From the IMG/VR virus record IMGVR_UViG_2740892209_000010: 34,107 nucleotides of DNA, one strand, 5' to 3'. The notes beneath the pieces were generated by a model, which was not told the origin of the DNA, did no database searches, and worked only from the letters and a program-made list of their open reading frames with translations. A program made the position numbers and the translations under genes. Every line of letters begins with the position of its first letter. Within the stretch, counting starts at the first letter, position 1. Origin of the DNA: a virus. Taxonomy: Duplodnaviria; Heunggongvirae; Uroviricota; Caudoviricetes. Of this stretch, positions 8,324 to 17,603 are shown piece by piece.

Positions 8324-8980
8324 ATGCGTAGAATGGAAGCTGCTTGGACGTGGGGTATTCATATGAATTTAAAAATTTTCGGCATAATTGTCCTTTCTGC
8401 TTTGATGTTCGTTTTAGGTTTTTTTCTCGGTGGTTTTAATTGGGAATGGGCTGATAAGAATTATGCAGGTGAGGTGGCGTTGTGGAGTATGTTAGGAGGG
8501 TGGTTATCCGCAATTGCAACTCTGTTTGCCGTGTTGGTTTCATTATATATGGCGTATCAAGCTACTCAGAATGAGATTGAAAAAATCAGGGTTACTCATG
8601 GAGTAAGTATGAGTGTCACTCATGACAATGAGTTAAGTTGTAATCTCATTATTCAGAACTTGAGAAATATGAAAGTGAATATTACTGGTGTTTTTTTGTC
8701 TCTAGGTAAATCATCAGGTAAGTACTCTTTGGATAAAGTAATTGACAATCGTAATATAACGCTTTCATATAAAGGTGAAACAGAAAAGGTACAATTTGTA
8801 ATCCATTCTGGGTATATTTGGTGGTCAATGTATAAATTATTCGATATGGATAAGAACATAGGTTTTGAAAAGGGTAAGATCTTGATAACAACCAACCTCA
8901 ATACATATAAATTTGATTTGCCAAAAGAATATTTAAGAGCTTTTGAGAAAGCTTATTCGGAGTATCAGACAAAAAAATAA
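8324..8980 (+). CDS. Accessory cargo protein 2: predicted membrane protein with two N-terminal TM helices and a ~130-aa C-terminal domain of unknown function (218 aa)
   Basis: ATG at 8324 six nt after AAGGTG. Hydrophobic stretches LKIFGIIVLSALMFVLGFFLGGF and WLSAIATLFAVLVSLYMAY. AT-rich. Lies immediately upstream of cos. Confidence 0.75.
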   Translation: MRRMEAAWTWGIHMNLKIFGIIVLSALMFVLGFFLGGFNWEWADKNYAGEVALWSMLGGWLSAIATLFAVLVSLYMAYQATQNEIEKIRVTHGVSMSVTHDNELSCNLIIQNLRNMKVNITGVFLSLGKSSGKYSLDKVIDNRNITLSYKGETEKVQFVIHSGYIWWSMYKLFDMDKNIGFEKGKILITTNLNTYKFDLPKEYLRAFEKAYSEYQTKK

Positions 8981-8987
8981 TGAGCTG

Positions 8988-9009
8988 CATGCAAAAGGTG
9001 CATGTTTTT
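8988..9009 (+). terminator. Putative intrinsic terminator after cargo gene 2
   Basis: Short stem catgc (8988..8992) / gcatg (9000..9004) with loop aaaaggt, followed by ttttt (9005..9009). Overlaps a longer AT-rich palindrome (8988..8996 with 9006..9014). The stem is weak. Confidence 0.3.
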
Positions 9010-9109
9010 GCATGTGCTAAGTTCACTGGTTTTGTGTATATCGCTTCAGATCTAGCGTGGTTCCGGGGAGGGCATGCAACTGCATTAAAACCGCTCCATG
9101 AAGCGGGCG

Positions 9110-9128
9110 GGCGAGGCGGGGAAAGCAC
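9110..9128. other. cos site (19-nt cohesive-end sequence)
   Basis: ggcgaggcggggaaagcac read at 9110..9128. It matches my recollection of the P2 cohesive end and sits where P2 has cos, between the accessory region and portal gene Q. Confidence 0.7.
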
Positions 9129-9297
9129 TGCGCGCTGGCGGTGGTGCTGATTTTATTTTTTCAGCGTCTGAGCGCGTCGTGATGGCGTTTAGATTGTTCG
9201 CCGGGGCGTTGGTGTGTCTGCGGGATGTTTTGTACGGTGGTGAGCGTGTGAGGGCGTGATGACAGGGTGTAAAAAAGCCGCCCGCAGGCGGCGATGT

Positions 9298-10332
9298 TCA
9301 GCCGTTGTCAGTGTCCAGTGAGTAGTTTTTAAAGCGGATGACCTCCTGACCGAGCCAGCCGTTTATCTCGCGGATCCTGTCCTGTAACGGGATAAGCTCA
9401 TTGCGGACAAAGACCTTTGCCACTTTCTCAATATCACCCAGCGACCCGACGTTCTCCGGCTTGCCGCCCATCAACTGAAAGGGGATGCGGTGCGCGTCCA
9501 GCAGGTCAGCGGCGCTGGCTTTTTTGATATTAAAAAAATCGTCCTTCGTCGCCACTTCACTGAGGGGGATAATTTTAATGCCGTCGGCTTTCCCCTGCGG
9601 GGCATAGAGAAACAGATTTTTAAAGTTATTGCGGCCTTTCGACTTAACCATGTTTTCGCGAAGCATTTCGATATCGTTGCGATCCTGCACGGCATCGGTG
9701 ACGTACATGATGTATCCGGCATGTGCGCCGTTTTCGTAATACTTGCGGCGGAACAGCGTGGCCGACTCATTCAGCCAGGCAGAGTTAAGGGCGCTGAGAT
9801 ATTCCGGCAGGCCGTACAGCTCCTGATTAATATCGGGCTCCAGCAGGTGAAACACGGAGCCGGGCGCGAAGGCTGTCGGCTCGTTGAAGGACGGCACCCA
9901 CCAGTAAACATCCTCTTCCACGCCACGACGGGTATATTTTGCCGGTGAGGTTTCCAGTCTGATGACCTTACCGGTGGTGCTGTAGCGCTTTTCCAGAAAC
10001 GCATTACCGAACACCAGAAAATCCAGCACAAAGCGGCTGAAATCCTGCTGGGAAAGCCACGGGTGCGGGATAAACGTTGAAGCCAGAATATTACGTTTGA
10101 CGTAAATCGGTGAGCTGTGATGCACGGCAGCACGCAGACTTTTTGCCAGACCGGTAAAGCTGACCGGCGGCTCATACCATCTGCCGTTACTGATGCATTC
10201 GACGTAATCCAGAATGTCACGGCGGTCGAGTACCGGCACCGGCTCGCCAAAGGTGAATGCCTCCATTTTCGGGGCGATGGCGGTCATGGTTTTTGCCGCA
10301 GGTTGCGGTGTTTTCCCTTTTTTCTTGCTCAT
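9298..10332 (-). CDS. Q: Portal protein Q, 344 aa
   Basis: 344 aa equals P2 Q; minus strand, first gene after cos; start overlaps the stop region of P. Confidence 0.9.
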   Translation of the reverse strand: MSKKKGKTPQPAAKTMTAIAPKMEAFTFGEPVPVLDRRDILDYVECISNGRWYEPPVSFTGLAKSLRAAVHHSSPIYVKRNILASTFIPHPWLSQQDFSRFVLDFLVFGNAFLEKRYSTTGKVIRLETSPAKYTRRGVEEDVYWWVPSFNEPTAFAPGSVFHLLEPDINQELYGLPEYLSALNSAWLNESATLFRRKYYENGAHAGYIMYVTDAVQDRNDIEMLRENMVKSKGRNNFKNLFLYAPQGKADGIKIIPLSEVATKDDFFNIKKASAADLLDAHRIPFQLMGGKPENVGSLGDIEKVAKVFVRNELIPLQDRIREINGWLGQEVIRFKNYSLDTDNG

Positions 10333-12104
10333 CAGTAAAACTCCAGAATGGTGGATGTCAGCGGGGTGCTGATACCGGCGGTGAGTGGCTCATTTAACAG
10401 AGCGTGCATGGTCGCCCAGGCGAGGTCGGCGTGGCTGGCTTCCTCGCTGCGGCTGGCCTCATAGGTGGCGCTGCGTCCGCTGCTGGTCATGGTCTTGCGG
10501 ATAGCCATAAACGAGCTGGTGATGTCGGTGGCGCTGACGTCATATTCCAGACAGCCTCGGCGGATAACGTCTTTTGCCTTGAGCACCATTGAGGTTTTCA
10601 TTTCCGGCGTGTAGCGGATATCGCGCGCGGCGGGATAGAACGAGCGCACGAGCTGGAACACGCCGACACCGAGGCCGGTGGCATCAATCCCGATGTATTC
10701 AACGTTATATTTTTCGGTGAGTTTGCGGATGGATTCCGCCTGGGTGGCAAAGTCCATGCCTTTCCACTGGTGACGCTCAAGTATTCTGAATTTGCCACCG
10801 GCCACCACCGGCGGTGCCAGCACCACGCATCCGGCGCTGTCGCCACGGTGTGACGGGTCGTAACCAATCCAGACCGGGCGGGAGCCGAACGGATTGGCGG
10901 CAAAGGGTGCATAGTCTTCCCATTCTTCCAGCGTGTCGACCATGCAGCGTTGCAGCTCCTCGAACGGGAACACCGATGCCTTGTCGTCAACAAATTCACA
11001 CATGAACAGGTTTTTAAAATCGTCGGCGCTGTTTTCGCGTTTGAGCTGCTCAATGTCGAACAGCGTGCAGCCGCCTTTCAGGGCGTCCTCAATGGTGACA
11101 ATCTGCCGCCACTGGCCGTCCGCACAGAGAAGCCCACCGGCAAGGGCGTTATGACTGACGTCGATTTCCACGCGTTCGGCGGCGCTGGCGCGTCCCCGGT
11201 TGAACAGTTCACCCGACCAGAACGGGTAGGCGTCGTGCGCCAGCGTGGACGGGGTGGAGAAATAGGTCGAGCGCAGGTGACTCTGTGAGGCCATACCTGA
11301 TGCCACCTTACGCAGTACCTGAAAATTCGGGATCCAGAAAATCTCGTCGACGTACAGGTCGCCGTTATGGCTCTGCGCGGTGTTGGAGTTGGTGCCGAGA
11401 AAAATCAGTTTTGCGCCGTTATTGCCCAGGACAATCGGGTCACCGGTCAGGTCAACGTCAACCAGACGGGCAAAGGCGATGATGTATTCGCGGAACACAT
11501 ACGCCTGCGTTTTACTGGCCGACAGAAAAATCTGGTTATGACCGGTTTTCAGGGCGCGCAGCAGCGCCTCGCGGGAAAAATAAAACGTCGCGCCAATCTG
11601 ACGGGATTTCAGGATATCGCGGATGCGGTGCTCAAGCCCGGCGCGATACCAGTGCAACTGATAGTCGAAAGACTGCTCAAAGAAAATCTGCTCCAGCTTT
11701 TCGATGGCTTCGTCGCTGAAAAAATTCTTTTTCGGTATGCGCCGCCCGCCTTTGTTGCGGTTAGCGACGTTCGGATTAAGGTCTGCCTCGTTGCCGGTCT
11801 GACTGTAACGGTTTACCCGTGCCAGTCGTTCAATCTGGCGTCCGAGCAGGTCAATTTCCTTGAAGTCACCGCCGGTTTTCTGCGGTTTGATGATGAGCTG
11901 GGTCAGCCGCGCTTCCAGACTCATTTCGACACGGCTGATGGGGGCAACGCTGTCCCAGCCGTCGCGCTGTTTCCAGCTCTGCACCGTCGGGCGTTTCATC
12001 TGCAACATGGCGGCAATCTGCGGCACGGAAAACCCCTGCCAGTACAGCAGCGCCGCCTGACGACGCGGGTCGTGTAAAAGAGTGGTGTCTGTGGTGATGG
12101 TCAT
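10332..12104 (-). CDS. P: Terminase large subunit P (ATPase/nuclease), 590 aa
   Basis: ATG at 12104 (minus) gives 590 aa starting MTITTDTTLLHD (P2 P length). The ORF track extends 10 codons further upstream. Confidence 0.9.
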   Translation of the reverse strand: MTITTDTTLLHDPRRQAALLYWQGFSVPQIAAMLQMKRPTVQSWKQRDGWDSVAPISRVEMSLEARLTQLIIKPQKTGGDFKEIDLLGRQIERLARVNRYSQTGNEADLNPNVANRNKGGRRIPKKNFFSDEAIEKLEQIFFEQSFDYQLHWYRAGLEHRIRDILKSRQIGATFYFSREALLRALKTGHNQIFLSASKTQAYVFREYIIAFARLVDVDLTGDPIVLGNNGAKLIFLGTNSNTAQSHNGDLYVDEIFWIPNFQVLRKVASGMASQSHLRSTYFSTPSTLAHDAYPFWSGELFNRGRASAAERVEIDVSHNALAGGLLCADGQWRQIVTIEDALKGGCTLFDIEQLKRENSADDFKNLFMCEFVDDKASVFPFEELQRCMVDTLEEWEDYAPFAANPFGSRPVWIGYDPSHRGDSAGCVVLAPPVVAGGKFRILERHQWKGMDFATQAESIRKLTEKYNVEYIGIDATGLGVGVFQLVRSFYPAARDIRYTPEMKTSMVLKAKDVIRRGCLEYDVSATDITSSFMAIRKTMTSSGRSATYEASRSEEASHADLAWATMHALLNEPLTAGISTPLTSTILEFY

Positions 12105-12277
12105 GAATACCTCGCCGTGATGAATACACGGCAAGGCTACTGAGTCGCGCCCCGCGATTCGCTAAGGTGCTGTTGTGCCAGTGATAAGCCATCCGGGACT
12201 GATGGCGGAGGATGCGCATCGTCGGGAAACTGATGCCGACATGTGACTCCTCTAATCACTATTCAGGACTCCTGACA

Positions 12278-13132
12278 ATGGCAAAAAAAGTCTCAAAATT
12301 CTTTCGTATCGGCGTTGAGGGTGACACCTGTGACGGGCGTGTCATCAGTGCGCAGGATATTCAGGAAATGGCCGAAACCTTTGACCCGCGAGTCTATGGT
12401 TGCCGCATTAACCTGGAACATCTGCGCGGCATCCTGCCTGACGGTATTTTTAAGCGTTATGGCGATGTGGTCGAACTGAAGGCCGAAAAGATTGACGATG
12501 ATTCGGCGCTGAAAGGCAAATGGGCGCTGTTTGCGAAAATCACCCCGACCGATGACCTTATCGCGATGAACAAGGCCGCGCAGAAGGTCTACACCTCAAT
12601 GGAAATTCAGCCGAACTTTGCCAACACCGGCAAATGTTATCTGGTGGGGCTGGCCGTCACCGATGACCCGGCAAGCCTCGGCACGGAATACCTGGAATTC
12701 TGCCGCACGGCAAAACACAACCCCCTGAACCGCTTCAAATTAAGCCCTGAAAACCTGATTTCAGTAGCAACGCCCGTTGAGCTGGAATTTGAAGACCTGC
12801 CAGAAACCGTGTTCACCGCCCTGACCGAAAAGGTGAAATCCATTTTTGGCCGCAAACAGGCCAGCGATGACGCCCGTCTGAATGACGTGCATGAAGCGGT
12901 GACCGCTGTTGCTGAACATGTGCAGGAAAAACTGAGCGCCACTGAGCAGCGCCTCGCTGAGATGGAAACTGCCTTTTCCGCTCTTAAGCAGGAGGTGACT
13001 GACAGGGCGGATGAAACCAGCCAGGCATTCACCCGCCTGAAAAACAGTCTCGACCACACCGAAAGTCTGACCCAGCAGCGCCGCAGCAAGGCCACCGGTG
13101 GTGGCGGTGACGCCCTGATGACGAACTGCTGA
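12278..13132 (+). CDS. O: Capsid scaffolding protein O, 284 aa
   Basis: Internal ATG at 12278 gives 284 aa starting MAKKVSKFFRIGVEGDTCDGR. Divergent from P, as in P2. Confidence 0.85.
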   Translation: MAKKVSKFFRIGVEGDTCDGRVISAQDIQEMAETFDPRVYGCRINLEHLRGILPDGIFKRYGDVVELKAEKIDDDSALKGKWALFAKITPTDDLIAMNKAAQKVYTSMEIQPNFANTGKCYLVGLAVTDDPASLGTEYLEFCRTAKHNPLNRFKLSPENLISVATPVELEFEDLPETVFTALTEKVKSIFGRKQASDDARLNDVHEAVTAVAEHVQEKLSATEQRLAEMETAFSALKQEVTDRADETSQAFTRLKNSLDHTESLTQQRRSKATGGGGDALMTNC

Positions 13133-13190
13133 CCGGCGTCAGTCAGTCCGGGAAAACCTTCACGATTAACCCTTAATTTCAGGAAAAACT

Positions 13191-14264
13191 ATGCGCCAGG
13201 AAACCCGCTTTAAATTTAATGCCTACCTGTCCCGTGTTGCCGAACTGAACGGCATCGACGCCGGTGATGTGTCGAAAAAATTCACCGTTGAACCGTCGGT
13301 CACCCAGACCCTGATGAACACCATGCAGGAGTCCTCTGATTTTCTGACCCGCATCAACATTGTGCCGGTCAGCGAAATGAAAGGGGAAAAAATTGGCGTC
13401 GGTGTCACCGGCTCCATTGCCAGCACCACCGACACCGCCGGTGGCACCGAGCGTCAGCCGAAGGACTTCTCGAAGCTGGAGTCCAACAAGTACGAATGCG
13501 ACCAGATCAACTTCGATTTTTATATCCGCTATAAAACGCTTGACCTGTGGGCGCGTTATCAGGATTTCCAGCTCCGTATCCGTAACGCCATTATCAAACG
13601 CCAGTCCCTTGATTTCATCATGGCCGGTTTTAACGGCGTGAAGCGTGCCGAAACCTCTGACCGCAACAGTAATCCGATGCTGCAGGATGTGGCGGTCGGC
13701 TGGCTGCAGAAATACCGCAATGAAGCCCCGGCGCGCGTGATGAGCAAGGTCACTGACGAGGAAGGTCACACCACCTCTGAGGTCATCCGCGTGGGTAAGG
13801 GTGGTGATTATGCCAGCCTTGATGCACTGGTGATGGATGCGACCAACAACCTGATTGAACCGTGGTATCAGGAAGACCCTGACCTTGTGGTGATTGTGGG
13901 TCGTCAGTTACTGGCGGACAAGTATTTCCCCATCGTCAACAAGGAGCAGGACAACAGCGAAATGCTGGCCGCTGACGTCATCATCAGCCAGAAACGCATC
14001 GGTAACCTGCCGGCGGTACGCGTCCCGTACTTCCCGGCGGATGCGATGCTCATCACGAAGCTGGAAAACCTGTCCATCTACTACATGGATGACAGCCATC
14101 GCCGCGTGATTGAGGAAAACCCGAAACTCGACCGCGTGGAGAACTACGAGTCAATGAACATTGATTACGTGGTGGAAGACTACGCCGCCGGTTGTCTGGT
14201 GGAAAAAATCAAGGTCGGTGACTTCTCCACACCGGCTAAGGCGACCGCAGAGCCGGGAGCGTAA
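13191..14264 (+). CDS. N: Major capsid protein N, 357 aa
   Basis: 357 aa equals P2 N; AGGAAAAACT-ATG context; position after O. Confidence 0.9.
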   Translation: MRQETRFKFNAYLSRVAELNGIDAGDVSKKFTVEPSVTQTLMNTMQESSDFLTRINIVPVSEMKGEKIGVGVTGSIASTTDTAGGTERQPKDFSKLESNKYECDQINFDFYIRYKTLDLWARYQDFQLRIRNAIIKRQSLDFIMAGFNGVKRAETSDRNSNPMLQDVAVGWLQKYRNEAPARVMSKVTDEEGHTTSEVIRVGKGGDYASLDALVMDATNNLIEPWYQEDPDLVVIVGRQLLADKYFPIVNKEQDNSEMLAADVIISQKRIGNLPAVRVPYFPADAMLITKLENLSIYYMDDSHRRVIEENPKLDRVENYESMNIDYVVEDYAAGCLVEKIKVGDFSTPAKATAEPGA

Positions 14265-14267
14265 CTG

Positions 14268-15011
14268 ATGACGAGTCCCGCACAGCGCCACATGATGCGG
14301 GTCTCGGCAGCGATGACCGCGCAGCGGGAAGCCGCCCCGCTGCGACATGCAACTGTCTATGAGCAGATGCTGGTTAAGCTGGCCGCAGACCAGCGCACAC
14401 TGAAAGCGATTTATTCAAAAGAGCTGAAGGCCGCGAAAAAACGCGAACTGCTGCCGTTCTGGTTGCCGTGGGTGAACGGCGTGCTGGAGCAGGGCAAAGG
14501 CGCACAGGATGACATTCTGATGACGGTCATGCTGTGGCGTCTGGATACCGGCGATATCGCTGGTGCGCTGGAGATTGCCCGCTATGCCCTGAAGTACGGT
14601 CTGACCATGCCGGGTAAACACCGTCGCACCCCGCCGTACATGTTCACCGAGGAGGTGGCGCTCGCGGCCATGCGCGCTCACGCTGCCGGTGAGTCTGTGG
14701 ATCCCCGCCTGCTGACGGAAACCCTTGAACTGACCGCCACGGCAGACATGCCTGATGAAGTGCGCGCAAAGGTGCACAAAATTACCGGTCTGTTTCTGCG
14801 TGACGCTGGTGATGCCGCAGGTGCGCTGGCGCACCTGCAACGTGCGACACAGCTCGACTGTCAGGCAGGCGTCAAAAAAGAGATTGAACGACTGGAGCGG
14901 GAGCTGAAACCGAAGCCGGAGCCGCAGCCAAAAGCGGCCACCCGTACCCCGCGTAAGACCCGGAGCGTGACACCGGCAAAACGTGGACGCCCGAAAAAGA
15001 AAGCCAGTTAA
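14268..15011 (+). CDS. M: Terminase small subunit M, 247 aa
   Basis: 247 aa equals P2 M; basic Lys/Arg-rich C-terminus. Confidence 0.85.
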   Translation: MTSPAQRHMMRVSAAMTAQREAAPLRHATVYEQMLVKLAADQRTLKAIYSKELKAAKKRELLPFWLPWVNGVLEQGKGAQDDILMTVMLWRLDTGDIAGALEIARYALKYGLTMPGKHRRTPPYMFTEEVALAAMRAHAAGESVDPRLLTETLELTATADMPDEVRAKVHKITGLFLRDAGDAAGALAHLQRATQLDCQAGVKKEIERLERELKPKPEPQPKAATRTPRKTRSVTPAKRGRPKKKAS

Positions 15012-15110
15012 CAACCGAATGCGCCCCGCGCCAGGGCGGCACGCCGGTCAGTGACGGTGAATCACCTGACACTGCACCGGCGTCCACCGCCCGACTTTTC
15101 AGAGGTAGTC

Positions 15111-15620
15111 ATGATGACGCTGATTATTCCGCGAAAGGAGGCTCCTGTATCCGGTGAGGGTACGGTGGTCATCCCGCAACCGGCAGGCGACGAGCCGGTG
15201 ATTAAAAACACGTTCTTTTTTCCCGATATCGCCCCGAAGCGCGTCCGGGAACGTATGCGCCTTGAGCAGACCGTCGCCCCCGCCCGTCTGCGTGAGGCCA
15301 TCAAGTCAGGCATGGCGGAGACGAATGCAGAGCTGTACGAGTACCGCGAACAGAAAATTGCCGCCGGTTTTACGCGTCTGGCGGACGTCCCTGCGGACGA
15401 CATCGACGGTGAAAGCATCAAAGTTTTTTACTACGAGCGCGCCGTGTGTGCGATGGCGACCGCGTCGCTTTATGAGCGTTATCGCGGCGTGGATGCCAGT
15501 GCGAAAGGCGACAAAAAGGCCGACAGCATAGACAGCACCATTGATGAACTGTGGCGGGATATGCGCTGGGCGGTGGCGCGAATCCAGGACAAGCCGCGCT
15601 GCATCGTGAGTCAAATCTGA
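15111..15620 (+). CDS. L: Head completion/stabilisation protein L, 169 aa
   Basis: ATG at 15111 after an AGAGG RBS gives 169 aa (P2 L length). Confidence 0.85.
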   Translation: MMTLIIPRKEAPVSGEGTVVIPQPAGDEPVIKNTFFFPDIAPKRVRERMRLEQTVAPARLREAIKSGMAETNAELYEYREQKIAAGFTRLADVPADDIDGESIKVFYYERAVCAMATASLYERYRGVDASAKGDKKADSIDSTIDELWRDMRWAVARIQDKPRCIVSQI

Positions 15621-15823
15621 TGAAGACCTTTGCGCTACAGGGCGACACGCTCGACGCCATCTGTGTCCGGTATTACGGGCGCACTGAGGGCGTGGTCGAG
15701 GCCGTGCTCGCCGCAAATCCGGGACTGGCTGAACTGGGCGCGGTGCTGCCGCACGGCACCGCCGTCGAACTGCCCGACGTTCAGACCGCGCCCGTGGCTG
15801 AAACTGTCAATCTGTGGGAGTAA
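15620..15823 (+). CDS. X: Tail protein X (LysM-like), 67 aa
   Basis: ATG at 15620 overlaps the L stop (TGATG); 67 aa; MKTFALQGDTLDAICVRYYG has a LysM-like signature. Confidence 0.8.
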   Translation: MKTFALQGDTLDAICVRYYGRTEGVVEAVLAANPGLAELGAVLPHGTAVELPDVQTAPVAETVNLWE

Positions 15824-15826
15824 CGC

Positions 15827-16108
15827 ATGACAGCAGAAGAAAAAAGCGTCCTGTCGCTTTTCATGATTGGGGTGCTGATTGTTGTCGGCAAGGTGCTTGC
15901 CGGTGGTGAGCCCATCACCCCGCGTCTGTTTATCGGGCGCATGTTGCTCGGTGGTTTTGTCTCGATGGTTGCCGGTGTTGTTCTGGTGCAGTTTCCTGAC
16001 CTGTCACTGCCTGCGGTGTGCGGCATCGGCTCCATGCTGGGTATCGCCGGTTATCAGGTGATTGAGATTGCCATTCAGCGCCGCTTTAAGGGCAGGGGGA
16101 AACCGTAA
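15827..16108 (+). CDS. Y: Holin Y, 93 aa
   Basis: 93 aa, hydrophobic TM segments, directly upstream of the endolysin gene. Confidence 0.8.
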   Translation: MTAEEKSVLSLFMIGVLIVVGKVLAGGEPITPRLFIGRMLLGGFVSMVAGVVLVQFPDLSLPAVCGIGSMLGIAGYQVIEIAIQRRFKGRGKP

Positions 16109-16605
16109 TGCCGGTAATTAACACGCATCAGAATATCGCCGCCTTTCTCGACATGCTGGCGGTGTCCGAAGGGACGGCGAATCATCCGCTGACGAAAAAC
16201 CGGGGCTATGACGTGATAGTCACCGGACTGGACGGGAAGCCGGAAATTTTCACCGACTACAGTGACCACCCGTTCGCGCATGGCCGACCGGCGAAGGTGT
16301 TTAACCGTCGCGGTGAAAAATCCACGGCCTCCGGTCGCTATCAGCAGCTTTACCTGTTCTGGCCGCACTACCGCAAACAGCTTGCCCTGCCGGATTTCAG
16401 TCCGTTGTCGCAGGACAGACTCGCCATTCAGTTGATCCGCGAACGCGGTGCGCTGGATGACATCCGGGCGGGGCGCATTGAGCGCGCCATTTCACGCTGT
16501 CGCAATATCTGGGCGTCCCTGCCGGGGGCCGGTTACGGTCAGCGCGAGCATTCACTGGAAAAACTGGTCACCGTCTGGCGTACCGCTGGCGGCGTACCGG
16601 CTTAA
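16108..16605 (+). CDS. K: Endolysin K (lambda R-like lytic transglycosylase/lysozyme), 165 aa
   Basis: N-terminal IAAFLDMLAVSEGT with the catalytic Glu context, and C-terminal NIWASLPGAGYGQ, closely resemble lambda R as I recall it. 165 aa equals P2 K. Confidence 0.9.
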   Translation: MPVINTHQNIAAFLDMLAVSEGTANHPLTKNRGYDVIVTGLDGKPEIFTDYSDHPFAHGRPAKVFNRRGEKSTASGRYQQLYLFWPHYRKQLALPDFSPLSQDRLAIQLIRERGALDDIRAGRIERAISRCRNIWASLPGAGYGQREHSLEKLVTVWRTAGGVPA

Positions 16606-16619
16606 ACGGAGTAAACACC

Positions 16620-17045
16620 ATGAAGAAATTATCCCTTTCACTGATGCTGAACGTGTCGCTGGCGCTGATGCTGGCACTGTCCCTGATTTACCCGCAGAGC
16701 GTGGCCGTCAATTTTGTCGCCGCCTGGGCGATTCTGGCGACGGTTATCTGTGTGGTTGCCGGTGGTGTCGGCGTGTATGCCACTGAGTATGTGCTGGAAC
16801 GTTACGGGCGCGAGCTGCCGCCAGAATCTCTGGATGTGCAGATTGTCACGTCGCTGTTTTTGCAGCCGGTGACGTGGTGCAGACGGGCGGCGGGTCTGGT
16901 GGTGATGGTGGCGACGTTTATCTCGCTGGTCGCTGCCGGGTGGATTTTTACCGCGCTGATTTATCTCGTGGCATCGCTGTTTTTCCGGCTGATGCAGACT
17001 GCCTGCCGTCAGCGTCTTGAGGGGTGGGAAATATGTCAAAGCTGA
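16620..17045 (+). CDS. lysA: LysA (membrane protein, lysis timing), 141 aa
   Basis: 141 aa, multiple hydrophobic helices, position after K. Confidence 0.75.
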   Translation: MKKLSLSLMLNVSLALMLALSLIYPQSVAVNFVAAWAILATVICVVAGGVGVYATEYVLERYGRELPPESLDVQIVTSLFLQPVTWCRRAAGLVVMVATFISLVAAGWIFTALIYLVASLFFRLMQTACRQRLEGWEICQS

Positions 17046-17458
17046 TGATTGTGCTGGTTGTGTTGTTATCGCTGGCGGTGGCGGGTCTGTTTCTGGCGAA
17101 GCATAAAAACGCCAGCCTGCGCACCTCACTGGACAGGGCAAACAACGTCGCCAGCGAGCAGCAGGCGACCATCTCCATGCTGAAAAATCAGCTTCATGTT
17201 GCGCTCACCAGGGCAGACAAAAACGAGCTGGCGCAGGTAGCACTGCGTCAGGAGCTGGAGAACGCTGCGAAGCGTGAAGCACTGCGCGAGAAAACCATCA
17301 CGAGGTTACTTAATGAAAACGAGGATTTTCGCCGCTGGTACGGCGCTGATCTGCCTGATGCTGTGCGCCGGTTGCACCAGCGCCCCGCCTGCACCGACGC
17401 CAGTGATTGTCCACAACGCCTGCCCGAAAGTGAGCCTTTGCCCGATGCCGGACAGTGA
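17033..17458 (+). CDS. lysB: LysB (Rz-like inner-membrane spanin component), 141 aa
   Basis: ATG at 17033 after a GAGGGG RBS gives 141 aa; N-terminal TM helix followed by a coiled-coil-like region. Confidence 0.75.
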   Translation: MSKLMIVLVVLLSLAVAGLFLAKHKNASLRTSLDRANNVASEQQATISMLKNQLHVALTRADKNELAQVALRQELENAAKREALREKTITRLLNENEDFRRWYGADLPDAVRRLHQRPACTDASDCPQRLPESEPLPDAGQ

Positions 17459-17603
17459 CCCGGAGACGAACGGCGATTTAAGTGCCGATATCCGGCAGCT
17501 TGAGAACGCGCTGGCACGCTGTGCCAGCCAGGTAAAAATGATTAAACACTGTCAGGACGAAAACGATGCTCAAACCCGACAGCCTGCGCAGGGCGCTGAC
17601 TGA
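17313..17603 (+). CDS. lysC: LysC (Rz1-like outer-membrane lipoprotein spanin component), 96 aa
   Basis: Out-of-frame ORF embedded in the 3' end of lysB and overlapping the start of R. Lipobox LMLCAGC. 96 aa from the ATG at 17313. Confidence 0.65.
   Translation: MKTRIFAAGTALICLMLCAGCTSAPPAPTPVIVHNACPKVSLCPMPDSDPETNGDLSADIRQLENALARCASQVKMIKHCQDENDAQTRQPAQGAD

Noticed and set aside
8898-9128. 76-aa minus-strand ORF overlapping the cos region
   Set aside because: It overlaps cos and the intergenic packaging region with no RBS; the P2 paradigm has no gene here.
10598-12219. Several plus- and minus-strand ORFs (60-236 aa) overlapping terminase gene P
   Set aside because: They are alternative-frame or antisense ORFs in GC-rich coding DNA, and the 590-aa P frame accounts for the region.
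12105-12277. Search for Ogr-dependent late promoter motif (TGT-N12-ACA) in the P/O divergent region and upstream of V (19237..19313) and FI (25689..25870)
   Set aside because: Late promoters are expected here from P2 biology, but I could not find an unambiguous TGT-N12-ACA dyad by eye, so no promoter feature was annotated.
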